A stretch of 59,612 nucleotides of DNA, counting the filler, from Sphacelaria rigidula (lineage: Eukaryota): NCBI GenBank assembly GCA_964200075.2. It is 7 parts of 7 records of this genome, joined end to end, with 100 filler letters (N's around TTAATTAATTAA, not from the genome) between each part and the next. Parts side by side here need not be neighbours in the genome. Positions count along the whole stretch, not along the records: positions 8,532 to 16,962 come from CAXNAA020011149.1; positions 17,063 to 25,492 come from CAXNAA020011150.1; 5 more parts are not named here. One strand, written 5' to 3'. A program made the translations under genes and the position numbers. Below are positions 10,324 through 23,674 of this stretch, piece by piece. The notes beneath the pieces are model-generated. The model did not search any database and was not told where the DNA came from. It was given only the letters and a program-made list of their open reading frames with translations. Position 1 is the first letter of the stretch; every line of letters starts with the position of its first letter.

Positions 10324-10630
10324 GCCGCGCCCCGGTGGTGCGATGGTCCGACTGTCGCCATTAGGGTGGAGAGAACGGGGGTTCGATTCCCGATACGTTG
10401 GGTTATTTCCTCGTAATATCTCATTTCCACCGTGGAAAGCGTGAGAACGTGAGTAAACAAAGTAGTTCACTAAGTTTGTTTGCCGTGAGTTGACGCGGCG
10501 CGGGATTGCTGATCCAATCCGCGAGGCCAAAATGTAAGGCGTGTACCGGGGGAGAGATGGGATGATCCCTTGAGACCACGAATTCGCCCCGAGAAAGGGG
10601 AGGGGTTCAAAGTGCGACAAGAAAAAATAT
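10324..10630 (+). mobile_element. Second tRNA-derived SINE-like element (family D)
   Basis: A-box-like TGGTGCGATGG (10336-10346) and B-box GGTTCGATTCC (10380-10390) at tRNA-like spacing. No complete cloverleaf, and a ~240-bp body follows. Single copy in the window; 3' boundary approximate. Confidence 0.55.
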
Positions 10631-12654
10631 GCAGGAGACCAAATTTCAAAGCACAATCTTCGAAGCTGAGACGCAAACTCCAGATTTAGTCCACGTAGTG
10701 CCTGTCCTCGTTATATATCAAGTTTAGTATAACATATTTTGCGCGGCATTTCTCGATACAGAACGATCTCGGTGAAGGTGAGAGCATCGATCGTTTCCCC
10801 GTGACCAGAGGGATATCCCACCAAAAATCAGCGTCATCCGCTGTATATATATATATATATATATAGTTCGGAGTTTCGTATAGACCTTAGTATCGAGATA
10901 TTGCCATAAGTCGCGGGATTTACTTGGTATGACGTTCAGTCAACGAGAAAGCGCTTAATATGGCTGTTGAGTAGGTGAGCATTTGCCCATTAATGACGCG
11001 ATTATCAAGATGTGCGGATGACGGCTCAATTCGTCTGCGTGGATGAGATATCGCTGGGACAGCTTGAGTCCGTTTTCAGGCTGGCCCAGCTCGTACGTTG
11101 GGGGGCTATGTCTTCTGACCTGCCGTTGGCGATAGGGCCCCTTGGCTGCACCGGTGTCGCGCCGGCCATTTTTTCCTTGTAAGCTGGTTCAAGCACTTCC
11201 GTACATTCATACACTGGTGGCAGATGTCGCGAATTTTCGGGCTGGATGTTGCACACTTGAGCCCCATTCCTTCAGGGCAAAGTACGGCATGCAGCGAGTA
11301 TGGCGGATGATGCAAACGATTGAAAAATATCAAACCTTTTAGTGGCAAAGTATAGCCGACGCTTTGGAGCAAAAAAAGTTTGCGTGGGACAAGAAGAGGC
11401 GGAGCTTGTCCCTGTTTTGGTGTTGTAACACCCCTCCCGCGCGGACCAGCCCCATGCGTACAATAGACTACTACTCTCGTAATGCATCGCTTTCTTCGTC
11501 CGCAAGGCAACGTCCATACCGTCAAAATCAAATGTACTTCATTGCAATAGGTTTGGCGGTTCATTCGAGCGTCAACTGAAGATCATGGTGGAGGTCCGTA
11601 ACGTGAGGAAAAATTGGCGAGTCACAACTGACTTGACGTCTTCAGTACAAACTGTGTATAGGCAACCACGTTCTGCGCTATACAGTTTACTGGACAAGTA
11701 CGATGCGCCTCAAAAGTGCACGAATGATCGAGCACACCGCGCGGCACACCTCTGAGTGGTTTTGCGGTAGCAGGAGACGTACCTCTTGTGCTCTGTTTTT
11801 CTTCTGGGGCAGTTTTTCCCCGAGACACTTGTTCGCCTCAAGCAGTGGGACCAGCCTGCAGCCTCGGCCGCCAAAACGCGAGAGCAATGAATGACGCCAA
11901 GGAATGGGGAGGACGTAGCCGTAAACGAGATCTACACACACAACAAAGTAGTCGTAATTGCTTGGCACGCAAAATCGTGTCTAGACATCCTTGACTATGG
12001 TTGCAGGTCACATGAAAGTGCGGGCTAGTAGCTCACTGAAGACAAGACAAAAAGCGCGGCCGTCACACTGTAGTGCCTCTTGTTGACCAATGACGCTCGC
12101 TACCTTGACCTCGTTGCTACACACGCGGTGCTCATTTCCGGTTATGCTTGATCGTTACCGATTCCTCACCGCTTGCATGTACTTGCCCGATACCGTTTTC
12201 ACTGAACACTTTCTTTTCCATATCCGAAGTCGGTATGAGAGCTTTTGGGGAAGTCGGATACAAGCAAGATACAGTCAAAATACAGCCAACCCATGTATAT
12301 GCTGCAGACCCAACAACTAGACATCATTGGAACTTCTATAGCACGAAAGAAAAAAAATGAATCAACGGCATCAAAACGTGTTATGCAGAGCTCATGACTT
12401 GGATGTAATATAGCGAGAACTAACTTGTACTGCTACCGTCGTGTATCTTGAGACTCATCATGTTTCAATTTTGTCCTAACGGCAAGCACAGCACAACAAA
12501 TACAGGTGGTTCTGCCAACTCTCTGCTGACTCCCTACAAATGTACTGTTGATTGTAGTCTATAAATTGATCGTTACATATGAGCATGAACTGATCTGCGA
12601 TGGATCCAGCCGTGGTCACTAGATATAATATACCCATGGAAAATGAACGGAATT

Positions 12655-12663
12655 GTGTTGTTG

Positions 12664-12695
<32 letters not shown>

Positions 12696-12709
12696 GTTAT
12701 TGTTGTTGT
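12655..12709. repeat. Compound (GTT)n(GGT)n microsatellite
   Basis: Directly visible. Confidence 0.9.
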
Positions 12710-13508
12710 CTTCACATTAAAAAGTCGTTCCGGTATCTGTGCAGTGTTGTACTGGGCATCTGACTCGGACGTCTTCCGTGGTCACAGGCTACCGCCCCAT
12801 GTTAGGGTAAAGGGAAAATCAGAAAATAGAATCGGACTCACGAAAAATTCACACAGACGCGATACAAGAAAAACAAAACAAAACAAAACAAAAACAAAAA
12901 CGAAAACAAAAAAGGTGAAAAGAAAAACCGGAGTGGGTCAGAAAAAGTACTGCCTGGACATTTTATCAGTCTCACATCCATCCTAGTTCAGGCTTGATCA
13001 GACCCGTAACTATAACATCCGAGATTTGATCATGAACGCCTCCTAGCTTCATGAAAAAACCTCGAAACTGCGCGATAAATGATAAAATGCAAATACGCGC
13101 TCGCTTTTTTCTGTTCTCCACACCAAACAAGGGAAACGTCGGCAGCATACACCCATTTTTCTCATTGTTGGATGCACAACGAAGTATAAATTCCAGACAC
13201 CTGAACGCCAAAGCAAAATAATTCAAGATCTTGTAGGAAACAAATGGATATTATGAAAATAGGAAATGACCGTCTACCCTCACATGCGAAACACTCCCGC
13301 CGACTTCAAACATTCACAAGGCATCCGCAGTACTCTTTCGTCCCATCTGTGATGTCTGCACACGAGATACCGCTAAACTACCAACTGGAACGTGCCAACA
13401 CTATGGAAACGCCGGACAGTAGGCTTGCAGGGGTGGGTTGTATGGGACGTCTGAAGGATCCGCTACCTTCGCGGGTAGTTCTGGTCACCCGTTCTCTCCA
13501 TATTCTTA

Positions 13509-13988
13509 GGCCGGATGTTATGGCACACAGATTTTTGGCCCACCGATTGTTCACTTTTGGGACGTTTGACCCACCCTTCACCCCCAAACAGGGAAAACCG
13601 CCAATACACGTCTCGGACACTTTGCGTCATCCCACAGAGAGGGACATAGCCCACTTTTCAGATTCGCTTGGCTCCAAGGTTACGAGAGCGGCCGCTGAAC
13701 AATAATCCGTGTGCAACAAAATCTGCGGCGATCTCCACAGATTATTGGGCAAACTGGCGAGGGTCGGCAAGCACAGATTTTTGTACACGAAGTTGTGTTC
13801 AGCGGCCAACTCCCAAACCTCGGAGCCAAGCGAATCTGAAAAGCAGACGAGGCTCCTGCCTGTGGGGTGATGCAAAGTGTCCGAGACGTATGTTGGCGGT
13901 TTTTCCTGTTGGGGGTCAAAAAGTGAGACAAACGTCCAAAACGTGAACAACCCATGGGCCAAAAATCTGTTTGCCACAACATCCGGCC
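13509..13988. mobile_element. PIF/Harbinger (Tourist)-like fold-back MITE
   Basis: ~220-bp imperfect inverted arms beginning GGCCGGATGTT and ending AACATCCGGCC. Flanked by a TTA/TTA 3-bp duplication (13506-13508, 13989-13991). Confidence 0.85.
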
Positions 13989-13999
13989 TTATAGACCCA

Positions 14000-14142
14000 C
14001 TTTCATGACGACGAAACTGGATTTTCTGGGACGCCGATTTTGAAAAAATCGGCGGGACTCAAATTCGTGGACTCAAAATCGGGGGGACCGTTTTACGGCA
14101 CAGACAGTACAGTATCACAGATTTTTTAAACAGTTCTGTACA
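14000..14142 (+). repeat. Dispersed repeat family G
   Basis: cgatttt...gggactcaaattcg.g.actcaaa.tcggggggaccg.ttta.gg...gtatcacagatt...aaa.agttctgtac also occurs at ~25010-25116. Confidence 0.7.
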
Positions 14143-17081
14143 CAGACGTGTGATGAAGCTCAGAGGCGTTGCAAGATTTACGCTGTGCTAACCTGCTCGT
14201 AGACCCTGGATTCCGTGACGCGTTGTTATCGCGTCTGCTACTGTCATTAGTTAGGGTTGTTCAGCCGCGACGGCAGGCCGCGTCGCCCGATCTCATCAGT
14301 TACCGGCTTGCCTTGGTCTTTACCCTGCGCTGTCACTACGCTCTGCTCCTATGGCTGCGCCCCGGCTATGCTAAGTAAGAGAGGCTTGTAGATAAAACAT
14401 GATGCTAAGCAAACACGTGAGTTCCTAGTCAACAGTCTGAACATGGATGAACCTACTCTGTGATAGTCAAGGATGGATAGCTAGGTCTGTGCGAAGTTGC
14501 CAACGTGGGAGCTTGGTGGGTCGGCACCATGGTATCTCCTGGCACTCATACTGAGAAACTCCAGCCAGGGCACTAGCTAATCCACTCTATATGACAATCA
14601 GCGTCGATAAACGGTCCTTGCTCTGCTTCGTTAGGAAGTCTTTGTGTTGCTCGGCGTTGTGTCTTTCTGCTCAAGCTGTAGTCAGTAACTCGCTTCTATT
14701 TTTCTGCGTTTTTTACTTGTATTTAGTGAGGCGCCCTCGTGCTATTCTGATAGTCATGGACATCAGCTCACTCTGGGCTCGGTTGTATTGTACAATGGTA
14801 GTGAAGACTGCTGTACGTTGTCCCCGCTTCGCGTATCATTGATACGTATCTACCCCTCCGTTGGTACACTGCTTGTAGCTGCTGAGCGATTTTCTGTAGC
14901 TGCCCTTGGTCCTATTCCCGCTTGTTTACATCCGTGTGAGTGCCATGGTGACGCACTTTGTTGGTATTCCGACCACGCGTCGATTTGGCCGGAACTGCGT
15001 CCAACTTCCGCCTCGTGCATGTAGTCAACCGTAACTCTGTGCACGTGCATGTAGCCAACCGTAACTCTGTCTCACTACAGTGTTTCCACTCTGCTTCGAA
15101 CAGGGTATCGCACGCGCCATCGTGCCCTGTGCAAACTGTGTGCCCGCCGGTCATTCCTACATTTGTGGTGGTTGAAAGTTGGTTTCGACGGCTCATGCTG
15201 TAGTAGAATATAGCTGATTTGCTTTGTGCCGAATTCAACCCCCCCCCCCTGTACCTCGGCAAGCACCCAAGATATTAGTAGATGCGCCAAAACAAAACCT
15301 CACCCCCGGGCGCCCTTTTGTATGCTGCGGTACCCTACCGCGCAGCATGGTTCTGAGGTGTGGGAAACCAAACCGTTAGTCGTGGAAACAATAGCTCCCC
15401 TGTGACAGCACATGCATGAGTACCGTACGTCGCGTTGTTGACGTTGACACAACTGATTCGAGTCGACAGTAGTAGTTGATTTCCGCCATTCTGGGACAAC
15501 GCCGCCCCCTCGATTTCCTTCTCATGGTGTATGTATTTTTGTTTTTCGTCAAGGGTACTACTACAACTTTGCCTTCGGATGTAAGACCACATCCTTGTTG
15601 GCCTTCCGAAACAGTTGGCGGAAGTAAGCTCACGACCACAATGATCTCCCACAAAGAAACTGGGCTTCGGATGTAAGCCCACAGATGGCCTTTCCCGATG
15701 TTTTCCCACATCACTTCAGTCCGACCTGATTGACCTTTTCCTGTACCTGCAGATGACTCCCCTCTGGAGTATTATGGCTTTAGCGACAAAACTTGCCCTC
15801 GAATGGAAGTCCACGAGTTTTGCGTGACCACCCCACGATATTTGACATTACTTCAGACCGGCCCGGTTGAGGTTTTCCTTGTAGTATCAGATGGTCCCCG
15901 TTCCTTGTCAAGGAGAGAAAACTGGTTCCGTAGCCGCGCAGGAGTTTCTAGTGCACATGTCCCCCTCATGAGTGCAAAGTGTCTTATTTTGCTGTACTAC
16001 GGAAATATACTCGAGCTCGAACGTTTTCTCTTGTAGAAGAGACGCCTTCGGACATGGCCCACGTGCCCCTTTCATATGCCGCTGCCCTGGCTGCTTCCCA
16101 GCACCCCCCCCACCCGATCTGGTCAGATATCAGATCGTACCCTCCCCCAACACCGGTTGTATCGTAAGCCTATATTTGAGTTTCTACGACACACCGTCTG
16201 CATCCCTTGGTAATGCGGCGAGCGCCGAGCCCACCTTGGAGGATTTCAGAACCCTAATCCGATCTGGTCAGAGATCAGATCGTAGCCCCCCCCCCCCCCC
16301 CCCCCCCCCCCCCCGCCCCCCCCCCCTNNNNNNNNNCCCCCTTGGAGGATTTTCTCCCCCTACTCCCATCTGGCGCGGGCTCCGTGTTCCGCCCCCCCCC
16401 CCCCCCCCCCTTTCGCTGCATTGCAGCCCCCCACAGGTGTTGGTGCCGTGTTTCTTTGTGCTGAGTTCACCTTCTTGGCTATTCCGTTTTAGTATCCGTA
16501 GTCACATTTCTTGTCGCTGTCGCATCTCTCTCCGTGTCTCCTGAGCATCTAGTGTTTGTTTTCTTCCTGTCTTCGAGGTTTCTTTAGGCGACGCGAGGAC
16601 TGTAGATGTAGTCCAGCCTTCCGCATGTTTGGAATTTTGATGACTCGTTCTCTGGATGTGTTTGTTGTTGTTACTGCTCAACCCCCTGGCGCCAGCTAAG
16701 AGAGCTCGCCGCACGGGATTTCTCCCTTACATCGTCTTGTTGCACGAGTCCTTGGTTACACCGTCTACTGCTGTTTATACTGCCCTTGTTGTAGGCCGTA
16801 TTCATGCCCGACGACTGTTCTAGGTCGAGGTGAGTTACTGCATTTCGACAAATAATCTGGATGTATCCATTGTTTTTTCTACCCCTATAACTGCCAGACC
16901 CCCAACGAGTACTAGGATTGGGATATCCCAGTACGTTGAAGATATCCCACCAATGCAATGAANNNNNNNNNNNNNNNNNNNNNNNNNNNNNNNNNNNNNN
17001 NNNNNNTTAATTAATTAANNNNNNNNNNNNNNNNNNNNNNNNNNNNNNNNNNNNNNNNNNNNGAGGTGAGGCTGGCGTGGT

Positions 17082-17121
<40 letters not shown>

Positions 17122-17306
17122 GTACTCATGATCTTGCATGCCGTAGTCATATGATCATTGACCTCGCATTCCTACAAAGTCGGGACGGAGTTCGCCGGTT
17201 TTTTGCCCGACCAGGCGTGGGGGAAGGGGGTGGGGGGGGGGGCGTACTCATTCGTTGCTTGCCTTAGTCTTTTTACCATCGAGCACGCATCCCTTTCGAG
17301 ACGGAG
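17122..17306 (-). mobile_element. Family A 3' fragment (17122-17216) and family B module (17244-17306) in tandem, separated and flanked by G-runs
   Basis: Both begin (G)n-GTACTCAT on the plus strand. Confidence 0.85.
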
Positions 17307-20306
17307 GTGGTGGGTGAGCGGGGTCTTTCAGGCGTAATACCTCGAGTTTGGCCTTGCTGTTGATGCTATGAACATGAGTCGGTTTAGGAGAGACGGGTAC
17401 GAGCACTTGCTACCTTGGCTCGTGTCAACAGTAGTTAGGACGACTGCAAGTGGCCGGAAGGCAAGGTGACATATAATACGTGCATTGATCGTACCACTCG
17501 ATTGCGACTGTTGTGCGTGCGCCTTGCTGCAAGCAACGACTCGAGTCGTGAAGCTAGATATACAGAAATCGTACCATTGATTTCGACGCTAGATATGGCA
17601 GACCGGACATATATATGTGGGCACGGCTCATATACACGAATGCTAATGTGAAAAGCAACAGCATTAACACAACGCCTACAGCACACGAAAATCTTCACCG
17701 CGAGCCGTTGGAAAAACGGCCTACTCAGGTAGATGACTAAAGCCGTGAATATATGGCCGATACGGTGATTCTCGACAGATCACTTACAATATGGGAGATG
17801 GTGTTTTGTTTACATTTGATATACGTATATATATATATATATATATGAGCATGATATTTCCTCGGTCGATGGTTGACTCGCACTGGTGAAAATCCGAGAT
17901 TGTATGGATTTCGGGTCTCGAGTGTTCGATGGGTCGGCTTCAGCGGTACGAGTTCACTCGTTCGACCAATGGGGGTAGTGGACATCAAAGATCACCGCAA
18001 CTCAACGGCATGGAAAGGAGCTTTGAAACACTTTTCATCGGTTCTGCGACTTGTTCAACTGCCCAAAACTAGTCTCAGCGATCGGAGCAAGCACGCCCCC
18101 CTAATTATCGGTCAAGGTTATATGCCGTGAAGGAATTGTGCATTCTCCTACACTATAGGGAGCTCAAATACCGGAGATCGAGCAGATCCACACTTGAGCG
18201 ATGATTTGATCATTATCAAAGGCACAGGCACCCGTGGACAGATAAAGTATGTGTGGTATATGCCGTGGACATTTTGTGTTCATCATTCCACGGCGACAAA
18301 CATCGCAAACATAAGTCATGTTCCACATATTCATGTATTTTCCGGCGTTTTCTGGTGAAAGCTTCTGTGAAGCGCCATGGGACTTGTGTGATGCTCAGAC
18401 GTCTGTGGTTTGGATCTGAGAGACACGTTTGATGCTCGCGTGGTACGGTGTAAAGATAGCAGCCATTACGGCCACAATTTGGTGCGCAAACTTGTTTTTC
18501 TCTGGAACTTTCAAACCCTACGGTGATCACGATAAAGCACCAACCGCTGGGCGTACTGGGGGTTTCAGTTTTCAACTGATTCATAACACCGATAAATACA
18601 CAGTAGTTGCATGTATGCATGGCTGAGACCGACAGCTATCAATAGGCTTTCTATAGACGAAACCAACCCTTCGCTCCACAACAACATATTCGCAAGAAAA
18701 CCCTTGGTTGGCGCAAGCTGCATTTTTACTAGTACGTCACCGCAGACCCACACACCACCGCAAGCGAAGACTATGCCATGCAGGTGACAAACCCATGCCC
18801 GAGATGAAGGCTCGAGCCGGCGTTCGATGCTCACATGGCGCGCCGCAAAAACGGAAGATGAGGACGCAGGTTCTTTCACTCGTGTACATGGCAAGCCTGA
18901 CTTGGAAAATTGATCTTGCATGCAGCCGTTGAGACACACATGCGCCGCTTCCTTTGGGCTGTGAGGCGGCTTACAGCGTCCACGCGATTAGTATATGCCC
19001 ACCAGCTAAAATAATTCTCGGCGGTGTCTGGTAGTGGGGGTGACTACTGGATTGCTCGCAGTCACCATGTGCGTCTGCTTATACAGGCAGTAATGGCGAC
19101 GGTGCAGCATAGTGCAGAGAGTGAGTGTGCAGTAAACACAGTCAGCTCGATGCGCACCGTGAAAACCAACACTGCTGTGATATGCAAAGGGATTCACGAA
19201 TGCAAGTGCTGACTTACCGACCGCCCCCGACGTGAATTGCCAACGCTAATGCCTCCTGCAAAAACATCAACCACGCCCATCTTCGCGGAGATGGCGATCG
19301 ACACTATAGCTCGTCAACCGATGTGAAACGCATATTTACTACCGCAAAATGAAGATATCCAGACGTGTTCCAGAAATTGAGCATCGGATATAAATATGTA
19401 CATACATATACATACCAGATAAGGCCCATTATTCTCGACACTGCTTTTTGGGACATCCCCGAATGTTTCGAGATTGGCAAGGTACCTGATGACTCTCGAA
19501 CGCTTGCGGGCGCCACGACTTACACAAAGGGTAGCTTTCTGAAGTGCTGCGTTGAAGTTCGAATTATTCAGATTTCTCAACAATGAGCCTGAGGAGAAAA
19601 TCAAGCCGTTTAGTTTTCGGAGAAGTCTAAACGTAGAGTCCGGAAAGTCCGAAGCGGTTTTGGTATCTCCGAAAAAACAGTGTCGATAATAATCAGCCTG
19701 ACACGGGTACTCAATAAAATGGTGAAAGACCGGAAATGCAACCTCCACTTGTCTCTTGAATTATTTAAACAATATTTTTCGGATGCTCAATGTCCAGTGC
19801 TTCATGCAAATAGGCGTGTTTTCTGTTGAAAAAACTTTTGTTCCGAATCCACTATATGCCATGGGCCATCTGAGGCGACATGAGGGCGCCAGTGCCACAA
19901 ATATGGACCCTTACATTGATTGAAATACTCGGGAGAAACATCACTATCCTGATCAAGAAGATAGTCGTGCGGGCGCGACGTTGGGGTTGACATTGCTCCT
20001 ACTTGGCCCTCATTGTCTTCGAGTGATTGAGAGCGGGTATATTATATCCTAGTAGTTCATTATTCTACACGAAGCCCGAGTAATTAATGATGGGATTCTC
20101 TAGAACCAAGCAAACCAGCTGTTACTCTCTTTAATTACCTAATCTGTTAAAATGTACTGTACTGCGTTGTACGACGGCAGGACGCGAGGTGGTTCATTTT
20201 TCGAGCCACATGGGCAGAAGCGATAAGTCGAGGGTCATCGCAATGTCATAACTCCATAGCCACGGTGGTTATCATGGAGCAGCCGGGTTCGATCGAAAGC
20301 CCATGA

Positions 20307-20726
20307 AACAGTGGAGTCTCGAAAATGGGATTGAACAAAAAAATAGGCTCAACTCAAAAGCCGTACGTTCCCTCACCTAAATTCACGACGAATGACTTTC
20401 ATATGGACGACTTTATCCGTCCCGACCTCCCTCAAATTATTTTGGGGGATTTCTAGCCTTCCATTCCCCCAAAGGGTATGTTCGAGAGCACACTTTTGCC
20501 TCGATTTCGGGGTGAAAAAAGGATGCTTCTTGGCCCAACAATCATGCTTTCGCACATATCATTGGGGGAACGGAAGGCCAAAAATCTTCCAAAATAGTTT
20601 TAGGGAGGTCGGGACGGATGAGGTCGTCCATGTGAAAGTCATTTGCCATGAATTTAGTTCACGGAAAGCACGCCTTTTTAGTTGAACCTCATTTTTTTTC
20701 AATCCAATTTTTGAAAATCCACTGTT
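20307..20726. mobile_element. Fold-back MITE with ~180-bp inverted arms
   Basis: Termini AACAGTGGA...TCCACTGTT. Arms pair, e.g. tccgtcccgacctccct / agggaggtcgggacgga. Flanked by ATGA on both sides (20303-20306, 20727-20730). Confidence 0.8.
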
Positions 20727-21727
20727 ATGACTAGACACACAGTGTACTGTAGGACACTAATAAGGCTTGATTCTCCCCATAGAAGGCCATATTTTCGTTC
20801 GTTGCGGGGGTACCTGTAGCAGATAGGTGCGAGACCGTCCCACCACCTTTCGTGGTTGAAGTCTTCTGTCGTTGACGCTCATGGTCTTCTTGTTCGCAGG
20901 GAACAGAACCACCACATTCCCGAGATGGTGCCCCGCCACATGGCAATCATGCACAGGCCGAAACAAGTATTATTGTGGAATCCCCACTTCCAGGGATAAA
21001 TTGCTTCGAGGGGTCTAAGATGAATTCTCCACACGGCTCGCGCTGAAAGGCTGGCTGGGCGAGCCCAACAACAGATCTGTACGTTATCATGGAGTTGTCG
21101 CTCCAGTTCTGAGATACGTTCCTTGCGATTTGGTACAGAGGATCACGAGGGCAAATATAGCAAGTACATGAAATTGTAACGACGCACGAGAGTGCAGCAT
21201 TTTGTCAACGCCTCCTTATCGACATTAGCCCAACTTACACTCGAAACGAGACAGGCAAAGTGTTCTCGGCAAGGCAATATACCGACGAACTGAGTGTATG
21301 CAGGTGTCGGAACGTTTGCGTTTGATACATGCTTGGATGCTTCTCCACAATCGTTTGTACCGCAGATAACCACTCATTCCTGAAGCACACGCCCCGACAT
21401 GGCCTTTTTTGGCGGGAAGGGAAATGTACCGATCTTAACTCAAAATATACCGACCTTAGCTCGAAACGAGAGGAGGAGAGGAAAGGGCGGCAAGGAAATA
21501 TGCCGACGATCAGTGTGTATGTAGTTGTCGGAACGTCTGTGTCGACCGAACAAGCCCAATCGTGCGAGCTGCTGTTTGAAAAATGCACGTCCCCCCGCAC
21601 CTCCAGCATACAATTCACGGATTACCGATGTCACGTGCCTTTTCAGAGCGTTTGTCGTGCCCACCTCCAGCAAACGTAGACGATCGACCACGCGGTGGAT
21701 ATACATTGCAGCGTCTTATATTATATG

Positions 21728-21960
21728 TCGTGGGTACACAACATTCGATTTAACGGCCGACGAGGGAAAGGGACTGATGTGCCCCTCTCTGGATAAAAAA
21801 TACAGGCAAGCACCGCAGAAGGAAGGTGGAGTACTAAAAACAAACAAACAAACGAAAAAAATCCTGTGTTGACCTTCCTCCTGTGTGATCCCGGCTTGTG
21901 CGCTCACATATACCGAGAGGTGTAGACCGGCGTCCAGAATAGATGGGACGACAACACACG
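21728..21960 (+). mobile_element. SINE family C, 5'-truncated
   Basis: Homologous to 5830-6060. Confidence 0.78.
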
Positions 21961-23639
21961 ACACAATGCTGTGGTGGCGTTGCCAAGTATCATATGTTCC
22001 AGGAGAGTCTCCTCAAAACTGAGGCTCACCACCGCAGCAAGGTTGAAGCAGGTTTAACATCACCGCGATGGCAAACCCCCATTTTCGAGGAGAATCTCTT
22101 CTCTTCAAGCGACGTCGACTTCTGACATCCAGCTCAATAACCCACATCAAGAAGGGCACGCCCATATCGTTCATTGGCGCTGCATTACAGTACAAGTTGG
22201 CAACGACTACCGACAGCCATCACGGAGCTATTTTTGTTATTATGACGAGGTCCCCACGCGTCATGTGCCTCCTCAAATATAAATTGGCAAAGACTACAAA
22301 GAGTTATCACGTCAACGCTGAGCCTCGGAGTAATCCACTTTTCACATCGAACGGAACAAGGTGGATCGGGGGTGGTGTTCTACGAAAATCACGTCCCTAC
22401 GTACCTCCGGCGTAAAACATTGTTCTCGCGAGATTGAGAGTCCAGCGTTGACTGAGAGTGAGCTTTATTGTTCACTCTTACCTTGACCATTTCTTTTTAA
22501 TTTGAGTGTGCTTTTCTTTGCCTATAGCACTGTCGATATCCTACTCAGGGAAATCAAAGGCTTCAGTGGCAAGCTACTGCAGCAAACGTATACCGAGGCC
22601 CGGAGGGACATTTCTTTTATTGATTAGCGCACTTTATCTCACCCTCCCAGGGGTCCAGCCGTGGTGTCATGATAGACGTACCCAAGAAAAACGAAACTGC
22701 ATCGCAGAACCGAAACTCTTTCATTCATGAATTGTCCGTTTTTCACCCTCAATCGTATCCTGGACTCTCAATCTCACGAAAACGTCGTCATACACAGACT
22801 AGCGACTTCACTCTTGATATGCATTATTACAGCTGTTCATGGTAGGGTTTGTGTTGTTGTGGTGAGCATACACGTACTACCCCATCATTCCAGCCTTTTT
22901 GTTAGTGTAAAAACACCCATTCTGCCAAATAGCATACGCCATCCCCCCTCTGGCAAGTTGAGACATTAGCTGCAAATGGTTCTGCGGGAAATCCCATCTC
23001 TGCATATATCAGGATTGAAAACCTCGTACAATACACTGGCTCCCCACCCCCATCCTCGCCTACCCGCACCTGCCTGCACGCATGACATGATTCTGCATGA
23101 AGAACGAAATAGGAAAGCCATATCTATATTTCTTCATAGAAAAGTTGATACGAGAATCTGCTCATATTTTTCGTCCATGTTCGAATTGATGAAAACACTG
23201 AATGTCACGAAGATCGTACGGATTTCAGTATGGATACATCCATAAACGTAAAAAGGCTTCGATTGTACACCTTTCCCAGGTATAGTGAAATGCCATTTGG
23301 AAAACATGTCTTCTCTCACGAGAGCTTCGCTAAAGTGTCGCCGTTATTGTCCGCTTTTCGACGATAGTCGCGATGATCCGCAGCGAAGCGGCAGTTCCAA
23401 TCGATGGTGCGTCTTTCGTGCATACATTTGTTTTTCTTATCCGATACAAAGTTTATGTATTGGATATACTGTCTTTCGGGAGAAGATGTTCCTCTCACGA
23501 GGGCTTGGCAGCATGTATCGCCGTTTTTCTTCGCTTCTTGAATAAGCTTCGCAATAATTGTCGACGTAATCACTCGCTTACAGAAAAAAGGTGTGAGGGA
23601 CGATACCGGTGCGCAGAAAAGGTCCCGAGCGGCTTGTGT

Positions 23640-23674
<35 letters not shown>

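Larger units (their letters stand above)
9844..11092. mobile_element. GAG...CTC TIR element (Sola-like, non-autonomous) hosting two nested SINEs
   Basis: TIRs gagctggcccagcctcgaaa / ttttcaggctggcccagctc, right flank gtac. Same TIR family as 29997-32488. Confidence 0.6.

Noticed and set aside
10324-10400. Functional tRNA gene (also 45559-45635)
   Set aside because: A/B boxes are present but there is no acceptor-stem pairing or proper cloverleaf. Better explained as SINE heads.
14224-14434. Solo LTR (TGTT...AACA)
   Set aside because: No target-site duplication, PBS or second copy is visible.
15017-15070. 30-bp tandem duplication (similar at ~40668-40725 and 13-bp at ~40104-40129)
   Set aside because: Simple two-copy slippage duplications with no further structure.
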